The notes: generated from the letters alone by a model not told the origin. Shown: positions 1 through 9,466, counted from the first letter of the stretch. The stretch is 64,000 nucleotides of DNA from a virus (IMGVR_UViG_3300016471_001035:32001-96000); one strand, 5' to 3'. Program-made: numbers and translations.

Positions 1-1936
1 CGCCATCAATATTTACTTCATGCTGACTACCAATATTAACCTGCAGTCCAGTAATGTTTGTCATTGCTCCAGAAATATTAACTACACCAAAGCTTTTCAT
101 GTTTAACCCCCCAGCTCCTACTAGTATATTGAATTTATTACAAACGTTTAGTGAATATGTTCCTCCAGGTAAATCGTCGACCTGAACTTGCTCGATATAA
201 GGTGTAGGTTTTCTTGCACTGTAGGCTCCGTATTTTGATACAGCTACTTCTGATATCAACAATCTACCCTCTAGGTCAACTCTTAATGGTGAAAAATCAT
301 TCATCACTGTACCAATAGTTTCAGTTTTATTTTTTGTAATGTCTATTATCTCGCTTCCTCCTAGTCCCATTTGTCTTTCAAGTTCAGTTAATTCTCCTAT
401 TTTCGATCGAATTAAATCCGGGATTTGTGATTTTTCAGGTGTTTGTGAGAAATTGCCTCCAGCAGAACTAGGACTCGAGCCACTACCACCGCATGTTTCA
501 CATGGACTGCCAAATGCATCACCTGGACCTGATATATATGTACTTCCGTCTGCTGTACCGCCAATTGTATCCATCGGGCTTATATAAACTGGTTCTCCCT
601 GATGTCCTATGCCATTTTCAATATTTGGTGTTAAGCCCCCGGGGCCTGGGCTTTTTAGCCAAGAAGTATTTCCTCTATTAAATGCAGTAGTCCAATTCAT
701 AACTTGCTTAAAGGCCTGACCGTTACCGCCGCTACCAACTGAAGAATTAACAGTAAATCTTTTTTCAAATGGCTTGTTACAAGATGGACATGTGTCTCTA
801 CCTGCTCCTGATGCCCTATCAATATTAAACAAAGTTTTTATTTGATTTATAAGAGAAACCTTTTCTTTCCATTGCTGATGTACTTCTGTATCTAGTTTTC
901 CTATTTTTTTATAAAAATCACCAATTACTATATTATCATAGTCAAAAGCAGTAAATTCATTTCTGTATCCTCTTACTGTTAAATATTGATCTTTTAAAAC
1001 TAATTTCTGATCGTTTCCTGTAGCTAGCTCTATACTTACGCTATTATTAAATTCTTTAAATGACCCCGAATAATGAGTAAATTTTAATACTTCCTTGTTA
1101 TCTGTATTAACAAAAGCTATTGTGCCGCCTTTTTGATTTATAACATACTTATTTCTATATGTTTCGGTATTAATATCTTCTGTTTCATTTTCTTTCTTGG
1201 AAACATTTTCGTAAGTACCTGGATAATCTATACCCTCGTCTAGTTCGCTATTGTCAATAGAATCTTCATCAACTATATCATGTATTCCTTTCCAATCTTC
1301 ACTTCCAAAAGATGCAGCAAATACTACCGGTTTTAAAGGGTCTCCATCATTAAAGAATACCCATACATGCGCTCCAACTCTTATAAGAGGAAATGCTCCC
1401 TTAGCACAATTGCTATAAGCCTCAGGCTTATACATAAATGAAAACTCGTTAGCAGAATTTGCATTTATTTCTGCAGGGTCGCTAAAAGCATCTTTTAATT
1501 TGTAGTAACTTATATCGTAAAGATTGGCAGGCTTTTCCCCTATTCCATCAACATTTTGTGAATCCTCTGTTACTTCGTCTTGATTAGGCTCACATGAGCT
1601 TAGATTAACAAAAGCTGTTTTTATATCATTACTGTCGCTTATTGTTGATGCGTTTTTAGAAGCGTTGAATCTACCACTAGCGCTCTCACCAGCAAGAGGA
1701 GCAGCAAGTTCTGCCCAAGGTAAAATTAATTTTAAATCTTCTAATATTTCAGTAATATCGCTACAAACATTAGCTCCTATAAATTTAAATTTTTTATCCT
1801 TAGATACCTCATTCCATTTATTATAAACTGTTGGTGATATATGGGGTACAAAAACTTTAACTCTACCTCTTTTTGCCGGGTCATTATTTTGAACGACAAT
1901 ACCTAGATAATTCCCGTAATATTTTGGATGATTCAT
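1..1936 (-). CDS. gp5-like baseplate hub/central spike protein (runs off the left edge; absent from ORF track)
   Basis: Hand translation from ATG at 1936: MNHPKYYGNYLGIVVQNNDPAKRGRVKVFVP...LPWAE...GAHVWVFF..GDPLKPVVF, typical of the gp5/VgrG OB-fold; frame open in every segment checked, ending in beta-helix-like GLNMKSFGVVNISGAMTNITG. Confidence 0.8.
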   Translation of the reverse strand, partial: MNHPKYYGNYLGIVVQNNDPAKRGRVKVFVPHISPTVYNKWNEVSKDKKFKFIGANVCSDITEILEDLKLILPWAELAAPLAGESASGRFNASKNASTISDSNDIKTAFVNLSSCEPNQDEVTEDSQNVDGIGEKPANLYDISYYKLKDAFSDPAEINANSANEFSFMYKPEAYSNCAKGAFPLIRVGAHVWVFFNDGDPLKPVVFAASFGSEDWKGIHDIVDEDSIDNSELDEGIDYPGTYENVSKKENETEDINTETYRNKYVINQKGGTIAFVNTDNKEVLKFTHYSGSFKEFNNSVSIELATGNDQKLVLKDQYLTVRGYRNEFTAFDYDNIVIGDFYKKIGKLDTEVHQQWKEKVSLINQIKTLFNIDRASGAGRDTCPSCNKPFEKRFTVNSSVGSGGNGQAFKQVMNWTTAFNRGNTSWLKSPGPGGLTPNIENGIGHQGEPVYISPMDTIGGTADGSTYISGPGDAFGSPCETCGGSGSSPSSAGGNFSQTPEKSQIPDLIRSKIGELTELERQMGLGGSEIIDITKNKTETIGTVMNDFSPLRVDLEGRLLISEVAVSKYGAYSARKPTPYIEQVQVDDLPGGTYSLNVCNKFNILVGAGGLNMKSFGVVNISGAMTNITGLQVNIGSQHEVNIDG

Positions 1937-1937
1937 G

Positions 1938-1966
1938 TTGATCTTATTATTATTTACATTTATAAT
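1938..1966 (+). promoter_or_regulatory. sigma70-type promoter, predicted leaderless start of the dpdA-queF operon
   Basis: TTGATC(1938)-N17-TATAAT(1961)-AGTATT-ATG(1973). Confidence 0.75.
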
Positions 1967-1972
1967 AGTATT

Positions 1973-2803
1973 ATGCTAATGAAAGTATCCCATGAATCTC
2001 CTGTGTCTATTCTAGAATATTCAAAGGAATATAATGATTTTGACTACTGCTTAGTACATCTATTACATCAAAACGCAGGTTCTCCGCAACAATTAGCATA
2101 TAATAATTATTATTCCCATGCCAGATCACTCTATAATAGAGAGGTATTATTAGATAACTCTATTTTCGAGCTCGGAAAAGCTTTCGATCCAGAACAATTT
2201 TATAAATCTGCAATGCTCATCAAACCGAATATGTTTATTGTTCCCGATGTTTTAGAGGATGCAGACGGTACTGTTGAGAGTTGGAACAATTTTGAAGCTA
2301 AGACCGATGATTTAAAGAAAAGTTTTTATACAAAATCGATAGGAGCTGTGCAAGGTAAAACATGGAAAGACTTAGTAGATTGTTATAAGTTTATGTCAGA
2401 TAACGCTGATATGATTGCTATTAGCTTTGATTTTAGTTATTATCAAGCTATAGGGTATGGTAAAACGGAGCTTGAAAGATTCTGCTCAGGTCGTCAGCGC
2501 TTTATTGCGGATTTAATAAATAGTAATGTATGGGATTGGAATAAGCCTCATCATCTTTTAGGATGTTCCCTAGCTAAAGAATTTAGATATTATGTCGATA
2601 GAAACGTTTACAATATTGTCTCTTGTGATACTAGTAATCCTATTGTATGTGCAATATTCGGATTAAAGTATGATGCAGATTACGGTTTAAGTAATAAACC
2701 GAAAGTTAAGTTAGCTGATCTTATTTCTCACGAATTTACTGATGAGCAACTTGATTTAGTAAAATACAATACATCGATGTTTAAAAAAATTATTAGAAGA
2801 TGA
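1973..2803 (+). CDS. dpdA: DpdA-family (TGT-fold, probably DpdA3-like) 7-deazaguanine transglycosylase/ribosyltransferase
   Basis: TGT-like motifs VLLDNSIFELG, IVPDVL, GAVQG, HHLLGC, SCDTSNP; first gene of an operon ending in queF; start moved to 1973 from promoter geometry. Confidence 0.75.
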   Translation: MLMKVSHESPVSILEYSKEYNDFDYCLVHLLHQNAGSPQQLAYNNYYSHARSLYNREVLLDNSIFELGKAFDPEQFYKSAMLIKPNMFIVPDVLEDADGTVESWNNFEAKTDDLKKSFYTKSIGAVQGKTWKDLVDCYKFMSDNADMIAISFDFSYYQAIGYGKTELERFCSGRQRFIADLINSNVWDWNKPHHLLGCSLAKEFRYYVDRNVYNIVSCDTSNPIVCAIFGLKYDADYGLSNKPKVKLADLISHEFTDEQLDLVKYNTSMFKKIIRR

Positions 2804-3369
2804 GACCCTGGGTAACATTTTTTTCGCAAACTGGTACAGAGATTAATAATTTATGTAATGCTTTAGGTATATATCCGGACGCAATTATTACAAACAAACA
2901 GACTACTGATGATATTAATAAGGATTTTTTAACCATTACAACCTTTAGAACACAAAAGCTTAATAGAACAATTTTGTTCACTCTCCCTCACAAACCTAGC
3001 TTAGAGAATTATTTTGAGGTTTTAAGTAAATTTAATAACCCAGTTATAACGTTACATGGCTATTTGAGAATAATACCTAAAGAGATTTGTGAGAAGTATG
3101 AAATCTATAACCTACATCCCGGTTTAATTGACAAATACCCGTCTTTAAAAGGATTTAATCCTCAAGAGAGAGCTTTTATTGGTGGCTATAAGCATGCAGG
3201 ATGTGTTATTCACAAAGTAGTACCTGAAGTTGATGCGGGTGAAATTCTCTTAAGCCAGGGAACAAGTATAGAGGGGTTGACACTTCCACAAGTATACAGC
3301 AAATTACATAATGTTGCATTTGACTTGTGGAAAAGCTTATTTCAAGGGTATAAAATTTTAGGAAAATAA
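2800..3369 (+). CDS. PurN-like formyltransferase (DpdN-like, candidate preQ1 N-formyltransferase)
   Basis: FSQTGT, LHGYLRII, NLHPG, GCVIHKV..EVDAGEI motifs; ATGA-coupled to dpdA. Confidence 0.85.
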   Translation: MRPWVTFFSQTGTEINNLCNALGIYPDAIITNKQTTDDINKDFLTITTFRTQKLNRTILFTLPHKPSLENYFEVLSKFNNPVITLHGYLRIIPKEICEKYEIYNLHPGLIDKYPSLKGFNPQERAFIGGYKHAGCVIHKVVPEVDAGEILLSQGTSIEGLTLPQVYSKLHNVAFDLWKSLFQGYKILGK

Positions 3370-4340
3370 TGGATATATCTTTACATTACGAAAACGTTTT
3401 TTTAAAACCTAATTTTAATAATGTTAAAACTAGGGCAGAGATAAACACTGAAGTAAATTTTTTAGGTAAAGTTTTTCGCTTGCCTGTAATTCCTGCAAAT
3501 ATGAAATGCTGTGTTGATTTTGATATTTGTAACATTTTAGACTCTAGAAATTATTTTTACGTGATGCATCGGTTTGATCATGATATCTTTGGTTTTGTAA
3601 AAGATGCTAATGAAGTGTCATTTAACAATGTTTCAATAAGTGTAGGAATACAAAATAAAGATAAAGCATTAATAACTAATTTAGCTAATAGTAAGTTTAG
3701 AGTAGATTTTATTACTATTGATGTTGCGCACGGTCATCATTCAAAAGTTGCTGATCAAGTAAAATTTATTAAAGATACTCTTCCTAAGACAAGAGTTATT
3801 GCAGGTAATGTTGCTACGCGAAATGGTGTTGAATATTTAGCTGTTGCAGGAGCTGATGCTGTTAAGGTGGGTATTGGTGGGGGGTATGCCTGCACTACAA
3901 AGGATAAAACAGGATTTACCTATCCCATGTTTAGTTGTGTTATGGAATGCGCTAGCACTGAGGCGTCAAATTTTGACATACCTGTTATAGCAGATGGCGG
4001 TGTAAGATGTAACGGAGATATAGCTAAAGCTTTAGTAGCCGGTGCTAAGATGGTTATGTGTGGCTCTATATTTGCAGCCTGCTCTGATAGCCCTGCACCG
4101 GTTGTTAAGGATGTTTCTGGAAGGCGCTTTAAGCAGTACTATGGTTCTGCTAGCGTACATAATAAGATGGATAAAAAGAATATAGAAGGTACAATGAAGC
4201 TTATGGAAACAGATTCATTTACTTATGAAGAAAAAATATTAGAAATAACTCAAGACCTGCAAAGCGCTATAAGTTACGCCGGAGGTTGCAATCTTAATGT
4301 TCTTAATTTAAGTAAAGTTGGTTACGGGGTAAGATTATGA
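3369..4340 (+). CDS. guaC: GMP reductase (Bacillus-type)
   Basis: [51 protein letters not shown]. Confidence 0.9.
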   Translation: MDISLHYENVFLKPNFNNVKTRAEINTEVNFLGKVFRLPVIPANMKCCVDFDICNILDSRNYFYVMHRFDHDIFGFVKDANEVSFNNVSISVGIQNKDKALITNLANSKFRVDFITIDVAHGHHSKVADQVKFIKDTLPKTRVIAGNVATRNGVEYLAVAGADAVKVGIGGGYACTTKDKTGFTYPMFSCVMECASTEASNFDIPVIADGGVRCNGDIAKALVAGAKMVMCGSIFAACSDSPAPVVKDVSGRRFKQYYGSASVHNKMDKKNIEGTMKLMETDSFTYEEKILEITQDLQSAISYAGGCNLNVLNLSKVGYGVRL

Positions 4341-4684
4341 ATCCAGACGATGTAGTTAAAGCAGTTGAATCAGCTTACCCTGAGACTTGCGAAGAGTTTA
4401 AAAAGATTCAACAAGAGCAATATGAAGTATTTTGTAAAAAACAATTTGACTACGGTCCTCATAATATTAGCTTGGGGTCAGATTTACATAAAAAAGAGGA
4501 CATTAATGCCTCTATTTCAGCAATAGTCGTACGTCTTAATGATAAGATACAGAGATTGATTAACTTAGTTTTGCGCAAAAAAACTTTTGAATCTGCAAAT
4601 GAACCGATTTTTGACGCTTTTGGTGACACATCAGTTTATTGTATTATAGCAGAAATTGTTAAGAGAAAGAAATGGTGTAAGTAA
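4337..4684 (+). CDS. DUF1599 / nucleotide-modification-associated domain 1 protein (all-alpha NTP-PPase-like)
   Basis: KKQFDYGPHNI...VRLNDKIQRL...FGDTSVYCII pattern. Confidence 0.75.
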   Translation: MNPDDVVKAVESAYPETCEEFKKIQQEQYEVFCKKQFDYGPHNISLGSDLHKKEDINASISAIVVRLNDKIQRLINLVLRKKTFESANEPIFDAFGDTSVYCIIAEIVKRKKWCK

Positions 4685-4830
4685 TGTCGTTATTAGATAT
4701 TTTTAGAAATAAAGTAGATAAAATACGTGAGTTAGAAGAAGAAAATGAAATATTGAGACATGAAGTTTATGTCTTGAAAAACTTACTTTTTAATATAGAA
4801 TTAGATGAGCTAGTTAAGAAGAAAAAATGA
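4684..4830 (+). CDS. 48-aa coiled-coil protein (not in ORF track)
   Basis: MSLLDIFRNKVDKIRELEEENEILRHEVYVLKNLL...; TAATG overlap upstream and ATGA overlap downstream fill the gap exactly. Confidence 0.7.
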   Translation: MSLLDIFRNKVDKIRELEEENEILRHEVYVLKNLLFNIELDELVKKKK

Positions 4831-5411
4831 ATATAACATTTACTGGGCCGCAATGTTCAGGCAAGACTACTTTACTTAAATTAATGAGAAGTAGTGGAGG
4901 TATATTTGATAAGTTTTTTTATATTGACGAAGTTACTAGAAAGATAAGAGATGAATGTAATATACCTATTAATGAAGAGGGTGCAAACGATGTAACCCAA
5001 TTACTAATTATAAACGAGGAACTAAAGAATTTGTTTAATAATAGTAGTATGGATAGTTGGTGTAAAGGTACAGTGCATGATAGGTGTCTGCTAGACGGTT
5101 TAGTTTATACAGAATACTTTTATAGCAAGAAGCTAGTCAGTTATCAGGTTTGGACACAAGCGCACTGGTATTGGCAGAGATTTTTTAGTAAGTATGATAT
5201 AATTTTCTATCCATGTCCTCATGATGTTCAACTAATAGATGATGGTGAAAGAAGTGTTGATACAGAATTTAGAAATTCAATAATTAAACTATATGAGGAT
5301 CACTGGTTAAAACAATTTGAGTGGAAAGATAGGATAACTATTTTAAAGGGAACAGTTGAAGAACGCTTAGAACAGATTAAAATTAAACTACATGAACAAG
5401 GTATTAGATAA
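4827..5411 (+). CDS. P-loop nucleoside/nucleotide kinase-like protein (AAA_28/dNK-like)
   Basis: GPQCSGKTT Walker A, DRCLLD motif, DDGER lid. Confidence 0.75.
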   Translation: MNITFTGPQCSGKTTLLKLMRSSGGIFDKFFYIDEVTRKIRDECNIPINEEGANDVTQLLIINEELKNLFNNSSMDSWCKGTVHDRCLLDGLVYTEYFYSKKLVSYQVWTQAHWYWQRFFSKYDIIFYPCPHDVQLIDDGERSVDTEFRNSIIKLYEDHWLKQFEWKDRITILKGTVEERLEQIKIKLHEQGIR

Positions 5412-6306
5412 CAGTAATATTTCGAAACACTTAGGTAAAGTAACCGGTTATAAGTCAACTTACGACCCTTCTCTTTTAGTCAGAGAACCGAGAATTAATA
5501 ATCGTAAGCATTTAGGTATTACTGATGAAGATGCACCTTTTGGTGGTTATGATATTTGGAACGCATATGAGGTGTCTTGTTTAACAGCTGAAGGTATGCC
5601 TATTGCTGCTATTGCTAAGATTGTATATCCATGCAAAAACCATTATATTGTTGAGTCAAAATCAATTAAACTGTATATGAATTCTTTTAATATGCAAATA
5701 TTTAAAGGTAATATGATTCAAGTATTAAACGAATTACAAAATACTATTGCAAATGACTTATCTAATTTACTTGAAGCTACTGTTAAGGTATATGTAAGGT
5801 CAGCTGCAGCGGTATCAGATGACATATATTATCCTCCAGTCTTTAATAATAAAGACTACCCTACCCTTGAAAATAATATTGATGTTACGATGATACAATC
5901 AAAATCTTACGTAGAGGATCCATCTATTTTATCCGCAATAGAGATCCCTGAAGCTAGGATACAAAGATTTCATTCTGCTTTACTAAAAAGCAATTGTAGA
6001 GTTACATCGCAACCAGATTGGGGCGACGTTTATATACATTATAAAGGTAAGTACGAAATCAATCAAACATCGCTACTACAATATATCGTTTCCTTCAGAG
6101 ACGAATGCCATTTTCATGAAGAGATATGTGAGACCATTTATATGCGCTTATTTAGATTATTTAAGCCTGAAGAGCTTGTTGTAAGTTGTTTATATGTAAG
6201 GCGTGGTGGTATTGATATTAATCCTACTAGAGCTAGTAATTATAGCTTATTAGACAAAGCTCTAATAGATGAGTTTAAATATTTTACTAAGACGGTAAGG
6301 CAGTAA
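5392..6306 (+). CDS. queF: NADPH-dependent preQ0 reductase, bimodular (E. coli YqcD type)
   Basis: YDPSLL, DIWNAYE, VESKSIKLY, LKSNCRVTSQPDWG, HFHEEIC, RRGGIDINP. Confidence 0.95.
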   Translation: MNKVLDNSNISKHLGKVTGYKSTYDPSLLVREPRINNRKHLGITDEDAPFGGYDIWNAYEVSCLTAEGMPIAAIAKIVYPCKNHYIVESKSIKLYMNSFNMQIFKGNMIQVLNELQNTIANDLSNLLEATVKVYVRSAAAVSDDIYYPPVFNNKDYPTLENNIDVTMIQSKSYVEDPSILSAIEIPEARIQRFHSALLKSNCRVTSQPDWGDVYIHYKGKYEINQTSLLQYIVSFRDECHFHEEICETIYMRLFRLFKPEELVVSCLYVRRGGIDINPTRASNYSLLDKALIDEFKYFTKTVRQ

Positions 6307-6672
6307 TTAACCGTTTAAATTCCAGAGTCTCTGTTTTTCAGGGCCTACTGATTCGTAACCATTGAGAGTTAATGTTTGCGCAGTTGTACCGGTATCTACC
6401 GTGAACGTATAGGATGTACCGTCATTTAATAATAATGCCATTACTGTACCATCATAATTATCGGCAACATTTAAATTTGCAGTATTTCCGCCTACTGATA
6501 ATGTAATATTAACATCAGCTAATGTAGGGGTGACAGCATTGAAAAGAACACCCTTTACATTGGTGCTTAATGAATTAGCTGTAACACCGTTATTAACCGT
6601 TGACAGGTTAAATGATGTCGGAAATGTATCAGCCGGATCGGCTACTATATTTGAAAATACTTGTAAAGGCAT
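6307..6672 (-). CDS. small beta-rich virion protein (possible head decoration)
   Basis: T/N/V-rich ORF downstream of MCP; start at 6672 follows AATAAATA-N5. Confidence 0.6.
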   Translation of the reverse strand: MPLQVFSNIVADPADTFPTSFNLSTVNNGVTANSLSTNVKGVLFNAVTPTLADVNITLSVGGNTANLNVADNYDGTVMALLLNDGTSYTFTVDTGTTAQTLTLNGYESVGPEKQRLWNLNG

Positions 6673-6717
6673 ATAATTATTTATTCTTTGCAGGCAATTT
6701 TTTTGTATGAGAACAAT

Positions 6718-6747
6718 AAAAAAGGGCACCGCAAGATGCCCTTTTTT
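6718..6747. terminator. intrinsic terminator after the major capsid gene (bidirectional form)
   Basis: AAAAAAGGGCA-CCGCAAGA-TGCCCTTTTTT. Confidence 0.85.
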
Positions 6748-6806
6748 AAAGATCCTGGGACTTACCAGGTGAAAATTGACTTTCTTTTTGTCATCCGATG
6801 TACTTC

Positions 6807-8330
6807 TTAGAAGTAAACCGACTGTGTTCCAGGAACGAACGGAGTACCGAGGTTCTTGAGAATAATGACGTGGTAGTAAAGATTTGCACCAAAGATGTTG
6901 TCTACTACACCATAACGTGTTAGTAAGCCAACGCGAGGAGCAAAATCATTAGGACCAATTGTTCTCTGAACCATTACCGGGATGTACGGACAATAGATGA
7001 TACCAGTGTCGTAGAATTCCGGGCCCTTGTAACCAAGGAGTGCATACTCGAGGCGTACTTGACGCGAGAAGTTCTGGGTGCCATAAGCTGTTGGCCAGCC
7101 CTGACCCTGGAAATTACCAGGAGGGATGCCACCAGTATTATAAGCTTCAGCCTGAGCTTCTGTGCGAGTATCACGGTAAACGTTGAACCTGCCACCCAGC
7201 GAACCTACTTTTGCAACACCGACGGGCTGTGTATTAACATTACCCTGTACTGGTACCCACTGGAATTCAGGGAGCATTTCTAGGATAGCGCAAACGCGAG
7301 GTGTAGCAACAACGAAGTTGGCAGAACCACGGCGATTACGTACTGCAATACGATTAGCTTCGACGATTAGTCTCTGATAGAAGTCACGATTACGTTCAAC
7401 GAGCCAGCGACCGTCTGCTGATACGGGCGACCAGATTGAATAACCTGTGCCGTAGCCAGCATTGAGTGCTGTCTGGATCATGCGAATGATCATTTCACGG
7501 TCGATTTCGGCCTGTAGCTCATACGACATAGCGTTTGTGAGCTCAGTATCGATATCGATACCGTTCATGTTCTTAAGATCCTGCTCGAGCTCAACTGACC
7601 AGCGAGCGGCGAGACGGCGTGTGCCGGCCTCGACTGCTGTCTTCTCAAAGCTTACAACGACCTGAGGAATGTTTGCATTCAACTCAAACTGGCTGAGTAG
7701 CTGTGCAACACCCTGATCCTGTGTTAGCATTGTGAAGTCGGAATTACCCGACAATTGTGGCTGCTGCGTTCCGGTAAAGCCGGAAGCGAGGAACTGATAC
7801 CCTAGCTCAGGGTTTGTCGACAATGACTGTAAGAACGAGCTAGCATACTTTGTTGTAGAGTTGCTTGCGTCGATCTTGCCATCGGGATTGTAACCTAAGC
7901 TGGTGGGTTCGTACTTATAACGGAGGGCAAAAGCAAGACCTACTGGACCGCTCATGGGCTGAACACCAACGATTTCGTTAGTGATCAACTCAGGGAACGT
8001 ACGGCGAATCATCGGGATGAGGATCTTCGGTAGACGCGCATCGCCTTGGGCGTAAGCAGCATCATTCTGTGAAGGGAACTGGTTACCGTAAGCGCCATTA
8101 TTAATAGAGCCTCCGAATACGCCAGTGTTTCCACCGACTGTGTTGCTAGCCTCAAAGCACCACTTCTCTTGGTTTTCCAAAAGGATAGCGGTGTTTAAGC
8201 GTGTGTGATCGTCTTCGATAGCGCGGACGTTATCGGAAGAGTAATCCAGAACTGGACCCCACTTCTCGAGAAGTACCTTAGCGCGTGACTCATCAATGTA
8301 AGCCTGTGTAGGACGAATTTGTTTAGCCAT
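6807..8330 (-). CDS. gp23: major capsid protein, T4 gp23-like
   Basis: LLEKWGPVL, ILLENQE, GVQPMSGPVGLAFALR, ELEQDLK, LQAEIDRE, YCPYIP, TRYG. Confidence 0.97.
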   Translation of the reverse strand: MAKQIRPTQAYIDESRAKVLLEKWGPVLDYSSDNVRAIEDDHTRLNTAILLENQEKWCFEASNTVGGNTGVFGGSINNGAYGNQFPSQNDAAYAQGDARLPKILIPMIRRTFPELITNEIVGVQPMSGPVGLAFALRYKYEPTSLGYNPDGKIDASNSTTKYASSFLQSLSTNPELGYQFLASGFTGTQQPQLSGNSDFTMLTQDQGVAQLLSQFELNANIPQVVVSFEKTAVEAGTRRLAARWSVELEQDLKNMNGIDIDTELTNAMSYELQAEIDREMIIRMIQTALNAGYGTGYSIWSPVSADGRWLVERNRDFYQRLIVEANRIAVRNRRGSANFVVATPRVCAILEMLPEFQWVPVQGNVNTQPVGVAKVGSLGGRFNVYRDTRTEAQAEAYNTGGIPPGNFQGQGWPTAYGTQNFSRQVRLEYALLGYKGPEFYDTGIIYCPYIPVMVQRTIGPNDFAPRVGLLTRYGVVDNIFGANLYYHVIILKNLGTPFVPGTQSVYF

Positions 8331-8407
8331 ATAAATTATATTTCTCCAATATAATATGTCGACCTTTTATAAACTATTCAGGGGTTAAACCCTCAACAAA
8401 AGCAAAA

Positions 8408-9292
8408 TTAATATTTCGAAAGCTCGCCCATGTAAGTATTAAACATTGGATCTGTTTCATTTACTTCTTGGGGCTGTACAGCTTCTTCAATTACTGGTCT
8501 ATCAACTTGTGCAGATACAGTTTCAGAAACCGCTTCCGTTTTTAATGCTTTTAGCCGCTCTTCTTCTGTCTTTTCAAACAGCTTTAAAGTGTAGTCAAAG
8601 TTCTCTTTAATGAACTCTGCAGACTTACCATTAAGCATTTTCTTCATGTAAGTCTTTTTAGCCTCATCGAGATCAGAAACTTTCTCTTCAAGCATTGCTT
8701 TAGCGGAGAGCTTCTTATTTTCATCGGCGAGTCTTGCTACTTCTTTGGTAGCGGCTTCAAGCTGGCTAGCAGCTTCATCTAGTCTTGTCTTCCCGTCTAC
8801 TACAGCTTCGCGAATATTATCTTTCGCTAAAGCCATATCAACAGAAAGAACTTGGCGTAAATTCTCTAATAGAGAAATAGCCTTTTTATTTTGTACAGCT
8901 TCATTTACAGAAGCTGTTGGTAGTTTTTCTTCTAGATATATATCTAGATATTTACTAATTTCATCAACTAGTGTATTTTTGAAAGATGCTGCTTCGTTAT
9001 TCAACTCTGCTTCATACTTTTCAACTACCGTTTTTAATTTAGCAGCGCGATCAGTATCAATTGCTTCAACAACCTTTTTGAGCTTGTTGGTATGATCTGT
9101 ATCGATTGCTTCAATTAAAGTCTCTAATTTCTTGGAATAATCTGCATCTTGTTCAGCAAGAGCTTTTTCAACATGAATCTGTACCTTTTCATTTACAGAT
9201 GATTCAAATGCTGATTCTAATTCCTTAAGAACGTCCTCAGTTAGGATATCCTTTGTTGCTTCCTTAAGGGTCTTGCTTATGTTTGTTTCCAT
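8408..9292 (-). CDS. gp22: prohead scaffold/core protein, gp22-like
   Basis: acidic coiled coil between gp21 and gp23; YLDIYLEE and C-terminal MFNTYMGEL. Confidence 0.85.
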   Translation of the reverse strand: METNISKTLKEATKDILTEDVLKELESAFESSVNEKVQIHVEKALAEQDADYSKKLETLIEAIDTDHTNKLKKVVEAIDTDRAAKLKTVVEKYEAELNNEAASFKNTLVDEISKYLDIYLEEKLPTASVNEAVQNKKAISLLENLRQVLSVDMALAKDNIREAVVDGKTRLDEAASQLEAATKEVARLADENKKLSAKAMLEEKVSDLDEAKKTYMKKMLNGKSAEFIKENFDYTLKLFEKTEEERLKALKTEAVSETVSAQVDRPVIEEAVQPQEVNETDPMFNTYMGELSKY

Positions 9293-9295
9293 AAA

Positions 9296-9466
9296 TTAAA
9301 AAATTTTTTCTTTTAGAGAATCATTGATCTTTGATTTAATCTTAGAGTCAATGACGCTCTGTAAGTATTTATTAGCTTCAGAATAATTTTTCTGAGAAAT
9401 TGACTTTAAAAACCCAATAATTTCTTTATTTTCATTTATTTTTGAGTTTTTGTTAGCCTTTGTCAT
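9296..9466 (-). CDS. small prohead core protein (gp67/68-like)
   Basis: helical FLKSISQKNYSEANKYL within head cluster; start at 9466 follows TAAATA-N5. Confidence 0.55.
   Translation of the reverse strand: MTKANKNSKINENKEIIGFLKSISQKNYSEANKYLQSVIDSKIKSKINDSLKEKIF

Noticed and set aside
339-681. Plus-strand track ORFs 339-587 and 493-681
   Set aside because: Shadows of the long minus-strand gp5-like gene, which the track missed because it runs off the edge.
2800-4340. purN and guaC as generic purine auxiliary metabolic genes
   Set aside because: No other de novo purine genes in the window; tight coupling between dpdA and queF points to DNA modification.
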